Shown here in pieces: positions 1 to 10,176 of a stretch of DNA of 64,000 nt; the stretch's first letter is position 1, and each line of letters begins with the position of its first letter. The notes under the pieces were generated by a model that ran no database searches, was not told the origin of the DNA, and saw only the letters and a list, made by a program, of their open reading frames with translations. A program made the position numbers and the translations under genes. Source of the stretch: an uncultured Gammaproteobacteria bacterium (lineage in GTDB: Bacteria > Patescibacteriota > Patescibacteriia > Patescibacteriales > BS150m-G62); NCBI GenBank assembly GCA_964569045.1, contig CAZMSR010000005.1, positions 152 through 64,151 on the forward strand, in the 5' to 3' direction.

Positions 1-70
1 GTAATTTATTTGACTTAATTTATTATATTTTAGATAGTTCATTGAAAGTTAATTAGGGGATGCCAAAATC

Positions 71-535
71 ATGAGAAAACAAATTTTAAAAATAGTGACA
101 AAAATAAGGAGATTGTACTGGAGAGTATTTCAACCAATAACCTTGGGTGTAAAAATTCTTATAGTAGTCAAAGAAGAAGTTTTGCTAATTCGAAATACAT
201 ATCATTCCAGCTGGTTTCTTCCTGGGGGTGGTGTTGACAAAGGAGAATCTGTACAAGAAGCTGCTCGAAGAGAAATTCTCGAAGAGTGTGGTATTAGTCT
301 GCAAGATAAGATTGAAGTGCAGGATATTTACTATAATAATGCTGAAAGTAAGAATGACCACATAGTTTTTTTTGTGAAAGAATTAAAGATAAAGCCGAAT
401 GTAAATAAACAGAATTCAGAGATATCAGAATGTGCTTTTTTTCCACGAGATGATCTACCAAACAATATTTCACCAGCCACCGAAAGACGGATAAATGATT
501 TTTTTCACAATAATCCCACTCAAAGAACATGGTAG
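71..535 (+). CDS. NUDIX hydrolase
   Basis: 154 aa. The Nudix box is readable in the translation: GGGVDKGESVQEAARREILEECGI, matching the GX5EX7REUXEEXGU pattern. Confidence 0.85.
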   Translation: MRKQILKIVTKIRRLYWRVFQPITLGVKILIVVKEEVLLIRNTYHSSWFLPGGGVDKGESVQEAARREILEECGISLQDKIEVQDIYYNNAESKNDHIVFFVKELKIKPNVNKQNSEISECAFFPRDDLPNNISPATERRINDFFHNNPTQRTW

Positions 536-550
536 ACAAGGAGTATTGAC

Positions 551-1723
551 ATGTTACTTGAAAATACGGTCACCACTTTTTTAACATCTAAGGAAGGCAG
601 AAAACTCTCCTCGAGACGTGTTTTATTTCATTTGCCCAACAGACTTAAAAAATATGATGTAGCATCAAAGAAAATCTTTCAAACTGTAGCTCCACCGATT
701 TCTGTGGCGTTGTGCCCAGCCTCATTATGTATTCGTGAGTGCAGTTTTTGTTCAAATACTCAAAGAAATCGAAGAAATCGGATTAATAAAGTCGAATTGA
801 GCAATCAAGCCTTAATTAATATCACAGAAGACTTAAATAGAATGGGTGTATGCGGCGTAAGTATAGCGGGTGGTGGAGAGCCATTAACCTACGCACACGA
901 GGCTCTTGTATTGCTGTTAACTTATAAGACTCCATGCTTTAGACTTGGGATTCATACTAACGGTGTTTTGCTTGATAAAATTTTAAATACAGATATTCTT
1001 AGTTCAGGCAACATTCAATACATCAATGTGAGTGTCGTTTCTGCAAATTCAAGTAATTATGAAGATGTTTGTGATACCTCCCCTAGCCAGTTTGATGTTG
1101 TTGAGAACAATTTAAAATTAGCACTTGAGTTGAAGAAAAAATATTCCAATTTTCCAACATTCGGCGTAAAAATTCTTGTATGTCGGGAGAATTATTTGAA
1201 TATTGTGGAGATTGTGAGGTACTTTGAGAGTCTTGGTATTGCGAACATACTAATTCGATGTGTTGGAAATTTTGAACCAGGACAAGATGTTGAACTAACT
1301 GAAACTCAGTATGAATATGTATCCAGAGCGTTTAAAGATCAATTAAAAATGAGTGATGATCAAATAAACGCAGTAACAGGGAGAGTTGATACTGAGCTAC
1401 CTACACCATCACGTTGCTGGATTTGTGCCCTGCAATGCACTGCAGGTGTTGATCCAGATGGAGAAGTTTACTTGTGCTCTCAATGGTCACGGAGAGAATA
1501 TTCCATAGGCAACGTTAACAAGATGCGTCTAATGGATATGTGGGGAAGTGAACGACATGAGCAAGTGGCTCATACCTTAAATAAAAAATTGTTACGAAAA
1601 GAATGCACACCACTTCTCTGTCGTCATTATTACAGCAACCTTGCTATTGATGCATACACTCAAGGATTGTTAGAGAATATACCTACAAATAACCTTGAAT
1701 CTGACTATAATAGATTCATCTGA
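551..1723 (+). CDS. Radical SAM protein with a C-terminal SPASM/twitch-like Cys cluster
   Basis: 390 aa. CX3CX2C motif (CIRECSFC), GGGEPL SAM-binding motif, and C-terminal cysteines (CWICALQCTAGVDPDGEVYLC ... CTPLLC). Substrate unknown. Confidence 0.8.
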   Translation: MLLENTVTTFLTSKEGRKLSSRRVLFHLPNRLKKYDVASKKIFQTVAPPISVALCPASLCIRECSFCSNTQRNRRNRINKVELSNQALINITEDLNRMGVCGVSIAGGGEPLTYAHEALVLLLTYKTPCFRLGIHTNGVLLDKILNTDILSSGNIQYINVSVVSANSSNYEDVCDTSPSQFDVVENNLKLALELKKKYSNFPTFGVKILVCRENYLNIVEIVRYFESLGIANILIRCVGNFEPGQDVELTETQYEYVSRAFKDQLKMSDDQINAVTGRVDTELPTPSRCWICALQCTAGVDPDGEVYLCSQWSRREYSIGNVNKMRLMDMWGSERHEQVAHTLNKKLLRKECTPLLCRHYYSNLAIDAYTQGLLENIPTNNLESDYNRFI

Positions 1724-1766
1724 GCCTTAGTTGACCTGACGAAAAGCACTAAATTAAGTAAGTTAC

Positions 1767-1792
1767 AACCGATCAAGTATGGTCGGTTTTTT
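1767..1792 (+). terminator. Putative intrinsic terminator after the radical SAM gene
   Basis: Stem aaccga / tcggtt with a 10-nt loop, followed by a T-run. Confidence 0.45.
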
Positions 1793-1889
1793 ATTAGATA
1801 TTTTTTACCATTTTTTATATTAACAATTAACTAATCTAGAAAATTAGTTCTAACGTTGTTCACGACTCTCCGCCAACGTGGACTCACGG

Positions 1890-2538
1890 GGGGTCATACG
1901 CAAAACAGTCGGAGAATAGCATGTAGGTAGTTGAAAAATATTTGAAAATTTGATTAAATTTTTAGTTATTTCTTAATTCAATAGTTTTACAAAGATGACT
2001 AAAAACTTATTAGAACTTTTTCTACCACAAGGAATTTTTAAGTAGTTTGAAATAGTTAGTGGCAATCAATATGAGAACGGAGACAGTAAAAAACAACTAT
2101 TAGCTAGAAGTCGTCATTTATTATTTATGGCTAGTAGCAAATTTGGTGAGAGGCAAAAAGAGAGAGCCGCTATATTTTTTAAAAAATATCCTGATTTAAA
2201 AAAAGCCTATGATCTCTCCATGATGCTGAGAGCATGTTATGAGCACAGCAAAACAATCGTAGAGGCAAAAAAGAGATTAGATAAATGGTACAAAAAAATT
2301 GAAGAATCAAAAATTGAATCATTTTACTTACCGGCAGAGACAATTAGTTTGCATGAAACGAATATACTGAACTATTTTACCAATCGAAGCACCAATGCTT
2401 CAGCAGAGTCGTTTAATGCAAAGTTGAAAGGATTTAGAGCTCTCATAAGAGGTGTCACAGACAAGAAATTCTTTTTATTTCGTGTTGCTAAATTATATGC
2501 TTAGCATTCTATTCTCCGACTGTTTTGCGTATGACCCC
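1890..2538 (+). mobile_element. Internally deleted ISL3-like element bounded by 30-bp perfect inverted repeats
   Basis: ggggtcatacgcaaaacagtcggagaatag at 1890-1919 is the exact reverse complement of 2509-2538. The enclosed sequence carries only N- and C-terminal transposase remnants. I saw no target-site duplication. Confidence 0.55.
1995..2504 (+). pseudogene. ISL3-family transposase remnant (N-terminal stub with an in-frame TAG, joined to the C-terminal ~125 aa)
   Basis: The N-terminal stub reads MTKNLLELFLPQGIFK*FEIVSG. The C-terminus reads NRSTNASAESFNAKLKGFRALIRGVTDKKFFLFRVAKLYA, typical of ISL3-type transposase ends. The catalytic middle is missing. Confidence 0.65.
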
Positions 2539-2864
2539 AATATCTGACAATTACTAGCATCCACCGGATCGTTTTTAACTCCTCTAATGCTAGTTTTACG
2601 TTTTTGGCAGGTTATCATCGAATTGATGATTTTAATTTGATAACCTTTTTGAGTAGAAAGATAGGTTAATGGTAGATGATATGACGCAGTGGATTCAACG
2701 CCTATCAGTGTACTTTTTTTAGAATATTTTTTATTTTTTAATGTATTGATAAAATCAGTGATTCCTACGTGATTGTTTTTGAATTTAAAGGGCTTATCTA
2801 GCTCATTAAAGCACGCATAAAAATCATTTTCTGATATATCAATACCAATAAATGAGTCTCTCAT
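2493..2864 (-). pseudogene. IS110-family transposase N-terminal fragment
   Basis: IGIDISENDF...IGVESTASYH...VKNDPVDAS matches the DEDD IS110 N-terminal layout. Only ~110 aa are present, and similarity ends where the right IR of the ISL3-like element begins (~2540). Confidence 0.6.
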
Positions 2865-2970
2865 GAAATTGTTGTGGCTAGTAAAAATTGCTAATTTTCA
2901 CAAAAAGAGTAAGATGTAGTAAGGAATAAGCTATTTTATTATAAAATTTAATAAACTAATTAATTAGAAA

Positions 2971-4602
2971 ATGAGTAATGCAACACCAAAAAAAGTATTT
3001 ATCGGTGCAGCTTGGCCATATGCAAATGGGTCTCTCCATTTAGGGCATGTATCAAGCTTAATAGGATCTGATGTCTTAGCTCGATACTTTCGTTTAAAAG
3101 GATCTGAAGTTCTTTTTGTTTCAGGAAGTGATTGTCATGGTACTCCTATAGCTGTAGAAGCAGAAAGACAAAAAGTAAAGCCAGCCGAGATTGTAGAAAA
3201 ATACAATAAAGAATTTAATGATAACTTAATTAAAGACCTCCGCTTTACGTACGATTTTTTTTCAAAAACAACCAATGCGGTTCATAAAAAAGTAGTTCAA
3301 GGCCTTTTTTTAACACTTTTAAATCAAAAGTTAATTTTTAAAAAAACTCAAAATTTACCATATTGTAAAGATTGTGCTAAATTTCTTCCCGATAGGTACA
3401 TAGAAGGGCAATGTTCAAAGTGTAATTTTGAAAGTGCGCGAGGTGATCAATGTGATAATTGTGGTGAGCTGACAGAGGCTAAAACATTAATTAGACCTAA
3501 GTGTAAAATATGCTCGAATGAACCTATTTGGAAGGATTCTGAACATTATTTCTTAAAACTTAGCGCTTTTCAAGATAAGTTAGAGAAGTGGTCGAACAAA
3601 TCCGAAGGGTGGCGTGAAAATGCTGTAAATTTTACTAAAAAATTTTTAGAAGGTGGTTTGAAGGATCGTGCCATAACTCGAGATTCTGAGTGGGGGATTC
3701 CAGTGCCGGTAGATGGTTTTGAAGGTAAATGCGTCTATGTTTGGTTTGAAGCTGTTTGTGGGTACTTATCTGCTAGTCAAGAGTGGGCAATTAATCAAGA
3801 AGCTAAGGATAAGTGGCAAGATTTCTGGCTAGACAAAAATTGTATACATTATTATGTTCATGGAAAAGATAATATTCTTTTTCATACAATAATTTGGCCA
3901 TCAATGCTTATGGGGGTCGGCGATTTTAATCTTCCTAGTAGGATAATATCTTCAGAGTATCTTAATTTTGAAGGCAAGCAATTTTCAAAAAGCCGAAAAT
4001 GGGGCGTATGGATCCCAGATTTTTTAAAAGATTACGAGGCTGATACTTTAAGATATTTTTTGATAATAAACGGACCTGAAAAATCCGATAGTAATTTTTC
4101 TTGGAGTGACTATAAGACTCGTGTTAATGCTGAATTGCTAGGGAAGCTAGGTAATTTTGTGAATCGCACATTAACTTTTGTAAAGAACAATTTTAATGGA
4201 GAAGTTCCTGAAATAGATAAAGATAACCTTAGTCAAGATAAAAAAGAAATTTTTGAAAATTGCAATATTATTTTAGAGCAAGTCGGTGATTTAATTGAAG
4301 CAGGTCGTTTTAAAGAAGCACTAAAGAATATTTTTGTTTTTATTGATAGGGCAAATAAATTTATTAATGATAATGAACCATGGATAACAATAAAAAACAA
4401 TAAACAAGAAGCAGCCTTAGTATTAAATATTTGTATTCAATTAATAGCTACACTTGAAATATTAATAAATCCATTTCTACCAATAACTTCTGAAAATATT
4501 AAAAAGCAATTAAATTTAAAATCAAAAAAAGAGTGGCTTTATCGAGAAGTGAAGCCTTGTCATAAGCTGGCTGAAATTAAGCCACTTTTTAAAAAAATTT
4601 AA
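2971..4602 (+). CDS. metG: Methionine--tRNA ligase
   Basis: 543 aa. HIGH-type motif (PYANGSLHLGHV), KFSKS (the KMSKS motif), and a Zn knuckle CSKCNF...CDNCG. Confidence 0.95.
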   Translation: MSNATPKKVFIGAAWPYANGSLHLGHVSSLIGSDVLARYFRLKGSEVLFVSGSDCHGTPIAVEAERQKVKPAEIVEKYNKEFNDNLIKDLRFTYDFFSKTTNAVHKKVVQGLFLTLLNQKLIFKKTQNLPYCKDCAKFLPDRYIEGQCSKCNFESARGDQCDNCGELTEAKTLIRPKCKICSNEPIWKDSEHYFLKLSAFQDKLEKWSNKSEGWRENAVNFTKKFLEGGLKDRAITRDSEWGIPVPVDGFEGKCVYVWFEAVCGYLSASQEWAINQEAKDKWQDFWLDKNCIHYYVHGKDNILFHTIIWPSMLMGVGDFNLPSRIISSEYLNFEGKQFSKSRKWGVWIPDFLKDYEADTLRYFLIINGPEKSDSNFSWSDYKTRVNAELLGKLGNFVNRTLTFVKNNFNGEVPEIDKDNLSQDKKEIFENCNIILEQVGDLIEAGRFKEALKNIFVFIDRANKFINDNEPWITIKNNKQEAALVLNICIQLIATLEILINPFLPITSENIKKQLNLKSKKEWLYREVKPCHKLAEIKPLFKKI

Positions 4603-4782
4603 CCCTTAATTTTTTGTAAATACAAATACAATATTTTTGTATTATATTTATTTAATATTAGAATTATAATAATTTGTACACCGCCTAAAAGTCTTGATTA
4701 TTTTTTTAGGCCATTTCACAGAATCGAACAAGCGATATTTAAAGCTTTGTTTTGTATTTGTTTTTATCTGATTATTATAATC

Positions 4783-4814
4783 AAAAAAATAGGAGAGTCA
4801 TGTGTTTGACTCCC
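4783..4814 (-). terminator. Putative intrinsic terminator of the 4851..6473 gene
   Basis: The minus strand reads ggggagtca-aacaca-tgactctcc followed by tattttttt. Confidence 0.5.
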
Positions 4815-4850
4815 CGAAATTGTTTATGTAGGGTTAGAAAAATTGGGTGG

Positions 4851-6473
4851 TTATTCTATTTTCTTTTTTTCTCGTTTTTTTAGTAGTCTTTGTGCTTCAG
4901 AATTTAATTCTTCGGCTGAAATTTTGCCGATTTCCATATAGATTTGTAGAGCTCGATTGCCCTCGATTTCTTGCCCTTGCGTAATTCCATGTGCACGAAC
5001 AGATATCGCACGTAAACGAATGGCTTCCTCAGGAGACCCGGCTTTTTCAAAATAATTTTTTATGATTTTTTTTGTTGGATCTGTTTGGAATTCTTTCAAA
5101 TATGGTTTAAAAGCTTCTTGGATTGTAGCACTGAATAATTTTTTTTTATTTCGTAATCTTTGGGTCTCTGCTGTGGCTGAAGAAATTGGTTTTCGTGGAG
5201 CTCCTTTTTTTACACTTTGTTTTTTTCGAGGTTTATTTGGATTGTCCATTAGCCAGGCAAAGTCACTTTGTATAATCTCATCAACAATGTGATTGTATAC
5301 TCTGTTGTGATCCTTGAATATGGTATCTCCCGGTGTGATAATGCTATAGCATTGCCTTAAAACTTCATGGAGAATATCTAGAATTTCTTGTCTGGCTTGC
5401 TTAAAGTTATTAAGCTCTTTATTGCGCTCCTGACTGATTTTATGAGGACTACTTGTTAGCAAGTAAGTATCACTTTCCAAAATTTTATTTACAAAACTTA
5501 TCCCGCGAAGTACTGCTCCGCGGAAAGCAAAAAGCTCTTCTAAAGACAAATTCCAGAAAAAATCCGGCATCATGTTTTCATGTAGGTCTTTTAATCTTAT
5601 GTGTGCTGCCTTATTGCTGTTAAATCGATCCCAGAAGCCCAGATTTACTGGTTTTTTTTGCTCTTTTTTTGGTGGCGTTAGTTTGTTATTGCTTTCTTCT
5701 TCCCCCTTTAGTATGTTTATTGCCCAGGTAATAGCATTTTCTTCGGTTTTTTTTTCCTTAGCTTTTTTTTGGTTTTCTTTGAGTTCTTCTGTTTTTTTTC
5801 GAGTTTGAATTTGGGTCAGAGTAGTAATTAGATTTTTGATTTCTTCGTTTTCCAGAAGTTTGTCTGATTCATGTCCTACAAGTTCCGGGTCTTTGTCAGC
5901 CAAACTTCTGGCTAAATTTTTAAGGTCTGTTCCAAATTGAGATTTTAATTTATTTTTTTCATCGCTACGCAGTTGAAACTCCGTAAATAAATTTATCCAA
6001 TATTTTTCGCTATCAAGTAGTTTATGTTCTCCAACTTCTTGTTTTAGGATTTTAATAATTCGTTTAATTGCATTGTCCCAACGTGTCAGGCGGGCACGAG
6101 CTTCTGTTTCTTTCTTAACCTCTGTACGTGCTTTTTCTTCAATTATCGATCTGATTGTTGTACCCTCCTTGAGGAAAATTTCCCATCGGTTGTTTTGGAT
6201 GTTTGGGTTTTTTTTAGCTAGTTCTTGGGCGATTTCATTCATTAGTTTTATAACTTTTTCTTCTATTTCAAATATTTGATTTGAAATGTCTTCGGTGGGT
6301 TTGTCTTGAAATGGTGATGTTGAATCGTTATTTTTGATAGGTTCATCGTCTAGTGCTATAATTGGCTGAGTATTACTTTTCGTTCTATTTTGCATTAACG
6401 ATGAAGAAAAAGTTGAAAGTGCTTGTTCAAAGTCTTTTACTTTGGCGTCCATTGTATTCATCCTCTTCTGCAA
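4851..6473 (-). CDS. Hypothetical K/E-rich protein with no recognisable domain
   Basis: Long uninterrupted ORF of 540 aa from the track's TTG start. An ATG at 6452 preceded by gaagagg is a more likely start. No signal peptide or TM segment seen. Confidence 0.6.
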   Translation of the reverse strand: MQKRMNTMDAKVKDFEQALSTFSSSLMQNRTKSNTQPIIALDDEPIKNNDSTSPFQDKPTEDISNQIFEIEEKVIKLMNEIAQELAKKNPNIQNNRWEIFLKEGTTIRSIIEEKARTEVKKETEARARLTRWDNAIKRIIKILKQEVGEHKLLDSEKYWINLFTEFQLRSDEKNKLKSQFGTDLKNLARSLADKDPELVGHESDKLLENEEIKNLITTLTQIQTRKKTEELKENQKKAKEKKTEENAITWAINILKGEEESNNKLTPPKKEQKKPVNLGFWDRFNSNKAAHIRLKDLHENMMPDFFWNLSLEELFAFRGAVLRGISFVNKILESDTYLLTSSPHKISQERNKELNNFKQARQEILDILHEVLRQCYSIITPGDTIFKDHNRVYNHIVDEIIQSDFAWLMDNPNKPRKKQSVKKGAPRKPISSATAETQRLRNKKKLFSATIQEAFKPYLKEFQTDPTKKIIKNYFEKAGSPEEAIRLRAISVRAHGITQGQEIEGNRALQIYMEIGKISAEELNSEAQRLLKKREKKKIE

Positions 6474-6760
6474 AATGCTACTATTAGCCTCTCGTTATTG
6501 AGAGGCGATTAAAAAGAACGTATATTGCTGCAGTAATGTTAGCATCATTTGCTAGCTTTGTCAAGTGTTATTTTTGTAACTGCCCATTTGGCTATTAATT
6601 ATCTTTTTATTAAGTAATTTTTTGCTAAATCGTATAGATTTTTAATGCAAAAAGAAAAGATTGCTCAATTTTTGTTTATTGTGATATTATTAATTAGTAG
6701 ATTTAAAGGGTTTAAATTTGATTAATTTTACATTAAGTTTAGAAAAAGTTATTAATTTTT

Positions 6761-7153
6761 ATGAAATATTTAACATTACCTCACCTTTATTGGGTTAGAT
6801 TTTTGACTTTACCATTAATACTTAGTATGATTTTTCCTTTAATTATTTTTGATTTTTTTATTGAAATTTATCATCACATTAGTTTCCCGATTTATCAAAT
6901 AGTCAAAATAAAAAGAAAAAAATATATAAAAATTGATAGACATAAATTAAAATATTTAACATTTTGGCAGAAATTTTTTTGTATTTATTGCGGTTATGCT
7001 AATGGTTTAATTCATTATTCTAGTGTTATTGCAGCTAAAACAGAGGAGTATTGGTGTGGTATACAGCATGATAAAAGTGACGGTTTTGTTAGCCGGTCTC
7101 ATCATAAAAAATTTTTAAAATACGGTGATGAAAAATCATTTAATAAAATGTAA
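6761..7153 (+). CDS. Hypothetical small membrane protein with a CxxC motif
   Basis: 130 aa. Hydrophobic N-terminal segments, and CIYCGYANG ... WCG in the tail. No family recognised. Confidence 0.5.
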   Translation: MKYLTLPHLYWVRFLTLPLILSMIFPLIIFDFFIEIYHHISFPIYQIVKIKRKKYIKIDRHKLKYLTFWQKFFCIYCGYANGLIHYSSVIAAKTEEYWCGIQHDKSDGFVSRSHHKKFLKYGDEKSFNKM

Positions 7154-7166
7154 ATTTAAGTAGGAG

Positions 7167-8627
7167 ATGGATCAGTATAGAAATTCTAATTACAATAAAT
7201 ATTCAAAGGAGGAAAATGAACCACAAAATTTAAAACAAAATTTACAAAAAAGAAAAGGATTGAAATCTCGGGTTTTGGTTTATTCTTTGATATTTTGTGT
7301 TGTTGGTTATTGGTTGTTTTCTAATAATAGAGTTACTACAGATGCTGACTCTGGTTTTTGGTATGAAAAAATACCTTTTGTCTCAGAGGCTAGTCATTTA
7401 GTTGAGAATGAGGATAAAAGGGTTCAAGTAGAGAAGAGAGATCGTTTAAATTTTTTATTTCTTGGAATGGGCGGTAGAACTCATCAAGGTGGTTATCTTA
7501 CGGATACAATTATATTAGCTAGCATAGAGCTTAAAACTAAAAAATTAGCAATGGTATCAATCCCTCGTGATTTATCTGTTCCTGTGCCCGGTAATGGGTG
7601 GAGAAAAGTTAATCATATTAATGCATTTGCTGAAATGGATGATCCCGGGTCAGGCGGTGAGGTTGCTTCACGTGTTTTAGGAGAATTGCTAGATGTACCT
7701 ATTGACTACTATGTTCGAGTTGATTTTAGAGGTTTTGAGAAAATTTTAAATAGTTTGGGTGGTGTTAATGTTTATGTTGAGCGAGCTTTTGATGATTATA
7801 GCTATCCTGTTCATGGCAATGAAGATGCTGTGGATTATGAAAGTAGATTTGAACATCTGCATTTTGATAGTGGTTGGAAGTACATGGATGGAGGTTTGGC
7901 GTTAAAATATGCTCGTTCAAGACATGGTACTAATGGGGAAGGCTCTGATTTTGCTAGAGCAAAAAGACAACAGCAAGTTATAAAAGCTGTAAAGGAAAGA
8001 GTGATGTCAGCTGAAATTCTAAAACCTTCAATCTTGACAGGTTTAATTGATGACTTAAAACATCATATTAGCACTAATATTAGTGTTTGGAAAGCAATTA
8101 GATTATGGAATGAATATGGTAATTTTGATAGTAAGAGTATTATTCACGAGGTGCTTGATAATAGCCATGATGGCTTGCTTGTAGAAATGATTAATGAAGA
8201 AGGGGCTTATATTTTAGCTCCAAAGGTTGGAGATTTTAGTCAAATAAAGCATTTAATTAAAAATATATTTGTTAATAAAAAAGAAGAGTATAAATCTGTA
8301 ATTGAAAGTGAAAAGCCTTTAGTTGATATACGTAACGGAACATATATAGGTGGCTTAGCTGCAAATAATGCAAAACAGTATGAAAAAATCGGTTTTAAAG
8401 TTGTTAATATTGGTAATGCGAGCAAAAGAGATTTTAAGGAATCTGTGATATATGATTTAACATATGGTGAAAAAATGGCCTCATTAAAAGTTTTGAAAGA
8501 GAGAGCAAGGGCAAATGTATCTTTTGGTTTGCCAAGTTGGTTAATGGATGAGCTTGCAGAAGAATTTGAAGACAAAGATATGATTCATGAGCAACCTGAT
8601 TTTATTTTAATTATCGGTACTAATTAA
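7167..8627 (+). CDS. LytR-CpsA-Psr (LCP) family protein with a C-terminal LytR_C-like domain
   Basis: 486 aa. N-terminal TM segment, then an LCP core reading LGMGGRTHQGGYLTDTIILASI...VSIPRDL...YARSRH. An aggag SD precedes the ATG. Confidence 0.85.
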   Translation: MDQYRNSNYNKYSKEENEPQNLKQNLQKRKGLKSRVLVYSLIFCVVGYWLFSNNRVTTDADSGFWYEKIPFVSEASHLVENEDKRVQVEKRDRLNFLFLGMGGRTHQGGYLTDTIILASIELKTKKLAMVSIPRDLSVPVPGNGWRKVNHINAFAEMDDPGSGGEVASRVLGELLDVPIDYYVRVDFRGFEKILNSLGGVNVYVERAFDDYSYPVHGNEDAVDYESRFEHLHFDSGWKYMDGGLALKYARSRHGTNGEGSDFARAKRQQQVIKAVKERVMSAEILKPSILTGLIDDLKHHISTNISVWKAIRLWNEYGNFDSKSIIHEVLDNSHDGLLVEMINEEGAYILAPKVGDFSQIKHLIKNIFVNKKEEYKSVIESEKPLVDIRNGTYIGGLAANNAKQYEKIGFKVVNIGNASKRDFKESVIYDLTYGEKMASLKVLKERARANVSFGLPSWLMDELAEEFEDKDMIHEQPDFILIIGTN

Positions 8628-8692
8628 TAAGTTGAACCGTAATCACTTATTGTTTTATGTTGATTGTATTCTAAGTGGATACGTTAAATTAA

Positions 8693-10132
8693 ATGAAAAG
8701 TTTAAAAGAAAGTAAAAAAATATCTCAAATTATACTTTTTGGCAGAACAAATGTTGGAAAATCAAGTCTTTTTAATCGTTTAACTGAAAATTCTAAAGCA
8801 TTAATATCAGAATTAGCTGGTACTACCAGAGATGCTAATAGGGGCATTGTAGAATGGCAAGGAAAGAAATTTGAATTAATTGATACAGGCGGTGTGATTG
8901 ATTTAGATAGTCTTTTTAGAAAAAAAACGGTTTCTAGGAGCATAGAAGAAAAAGTACAAAAACAAGTTAGGAGGTTTTTGTTTAGTGCGGATATTGTACT
9001 TTTTGTTGTTGATTCTAAGGAAGGATATACTGATGAAGATCGGAAAATCGGGCTTATGCTTAAGAAAATATTTAAAGGTGCTAAGAATATTCTTTTAGTA
9101 TCTAATAAGGCAGATAATGAAAAGGATAGATTTAATATTCAAGAGTTTTTTAAGCTCTCTTTAGGTGAGCCAATTCCTGTATCAGCTCATTCTGGATCTG
9201 GTACGGGAGATTTACTAGATATAGTTATTAGTAATTTTAAAAAAATTAGAAATAGTAAATTTAAAAAGAGCAATGGATTAGAAAAGGATGAAGAGAAAAA
9301 AATTGTAAATGTAGTAATTATTGGGCAACCAAATGTTGGAAAATCTAGTTTATTAAATAAAATGTTAGGTTTAGAAAAAGTGATTGTAAGTACGGTACCT
9401 CATACTACAAGAGAATCTCAAGATTTTGAAATTAAATACAAAGACGAAATCATTAATATTATTGACACTGCCGGCCTAGCTAGATCTCAGCATAAAAAAA
9501 TAAAGCAAAATTTACGAGCAGTAAACAAGAAAGTGAAAAATGAAAAAGATTTACATGCTTTGGGAATGGTGGATTCGTTGGCGAGTATGGGTAAGGCTAA
9601 AATTGTGTTGTTTTTGCTAGATATAAATAAACCCTTAATTCAAGAAGATTTAAAAATAATAGAAGAGGTGGTAAAAAGAGGCTTAAGCGTAATAATTGTT
9701 GCAAATAAGTGGGATTTAGTTAAGGATCATGATGTAAAAAAGTATAAAGAGTATATATATGGTAAATTGCCGTTTATTAAATGGGCACCAATATTATTTG
9801 TTTCAGCTAAAACTGGCTTAAAAGTGAATAATATATTTGAAGCAATTTTAGAAGTTAAGAGGTCTAGACAAATAGAAATATCAAACAGTGTTTTAAATAA
9901 ATTTTTATTAAAGTTGGTTAAAATTCATAAGCCGGCTAAATCAAAAGGATTAAAACATCCTAGAATTTACGAACTATCTCAAACAGGAGATGATCCTCCT
10001 GAATTTAGAATTCGTATAGGCGTTCGTGATACAATTCATTTTTCATATATTAGTTTTATTGAAAATCGTTTAAGAGAAAAGTTTGGGTTTATTGGAACTC
10101 CAATAAAAACTTGGGTAAAAAAAGGTAGGTAA
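8693..10132 (+). CDS. der: Ribosome-associated GTPase Der/EngA
   Basis: 479 aa. Two tandem G domains (GRTNVGKSSLFNRL and GQPNVGKSSLLNKM, each with DTGG/DTAG and NKxD) plus a KH-like tail. Confidence 0.95.
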   Translation: MKSLKESKKISQIILFGRTNVGKSSLFNRLTENSKALISELAGTTRDANRGIVEWQGKKFELIDTGGVIDLDSLFRKKTVSRSIEEKVQKQVRRFLFSADIVLFVVDSKEGYTDEDRKIGLMLKKIFKGAKNILLVSNKADNEKDRFNIQEFFKLSLGEPIPVSAHSGSGTGDLLDIVISNFKKIRNSKFKKSNGLEKDEEKKIVNVVIIGQPNVGKSSLLNKMLGLEKVIVSTVPHTTRESQDFEIKYKDEIINIIDTAGLARSQHKKIKQNLRAVNKKVKNEKDLHALGMVDSLASMGKAKIVLFLLDINKPLIQEDLKIIEEVVKRGLSVIIVANKWDLVKDHDVKKYKEYIYGKLPFIKWAPILFVSAKTGLKVNNIFEAILEVKRSRQIEISNSVLNKFLLKLVKIHKPAKSKGLKHPRIYELSQTGDDPPEFRIRIGVRDTIHFSYISFIENRLREKFGFIGTPIKTWVKKGR

Positions 10133-10166
10133 TGATGGTGAGTGAATAAATAATTATTTTTGTTTA

Positions 10167-10175
10167 TGGTATAAT
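10167..10175 (+). promoter_or_regulatory. Extended -10 element (TGgTATAAT) abutting the 157-bp palindrome
   Basis: tggtataat is read directly in the sequence. I saw no good -35. Confidence 0.35.
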
Positions 10176-10176
10176 A

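Noticed and set aside
4700-4745. A gaatcgaac string resembling a reverse-complement tRNA T-loop
   Set aside because: The flanking bases do not form a T-stem or an acceptor stem, so no cloverleaf can be drawn.
5062-6279. Plus-strand ORFs 5062..5292, 5572..5808 and 6073..6279
   Set aside because: They are antisense to the long 4851..6473 ORF, and their F/S/L-rich translations mirror its K/E-rich sense frame.
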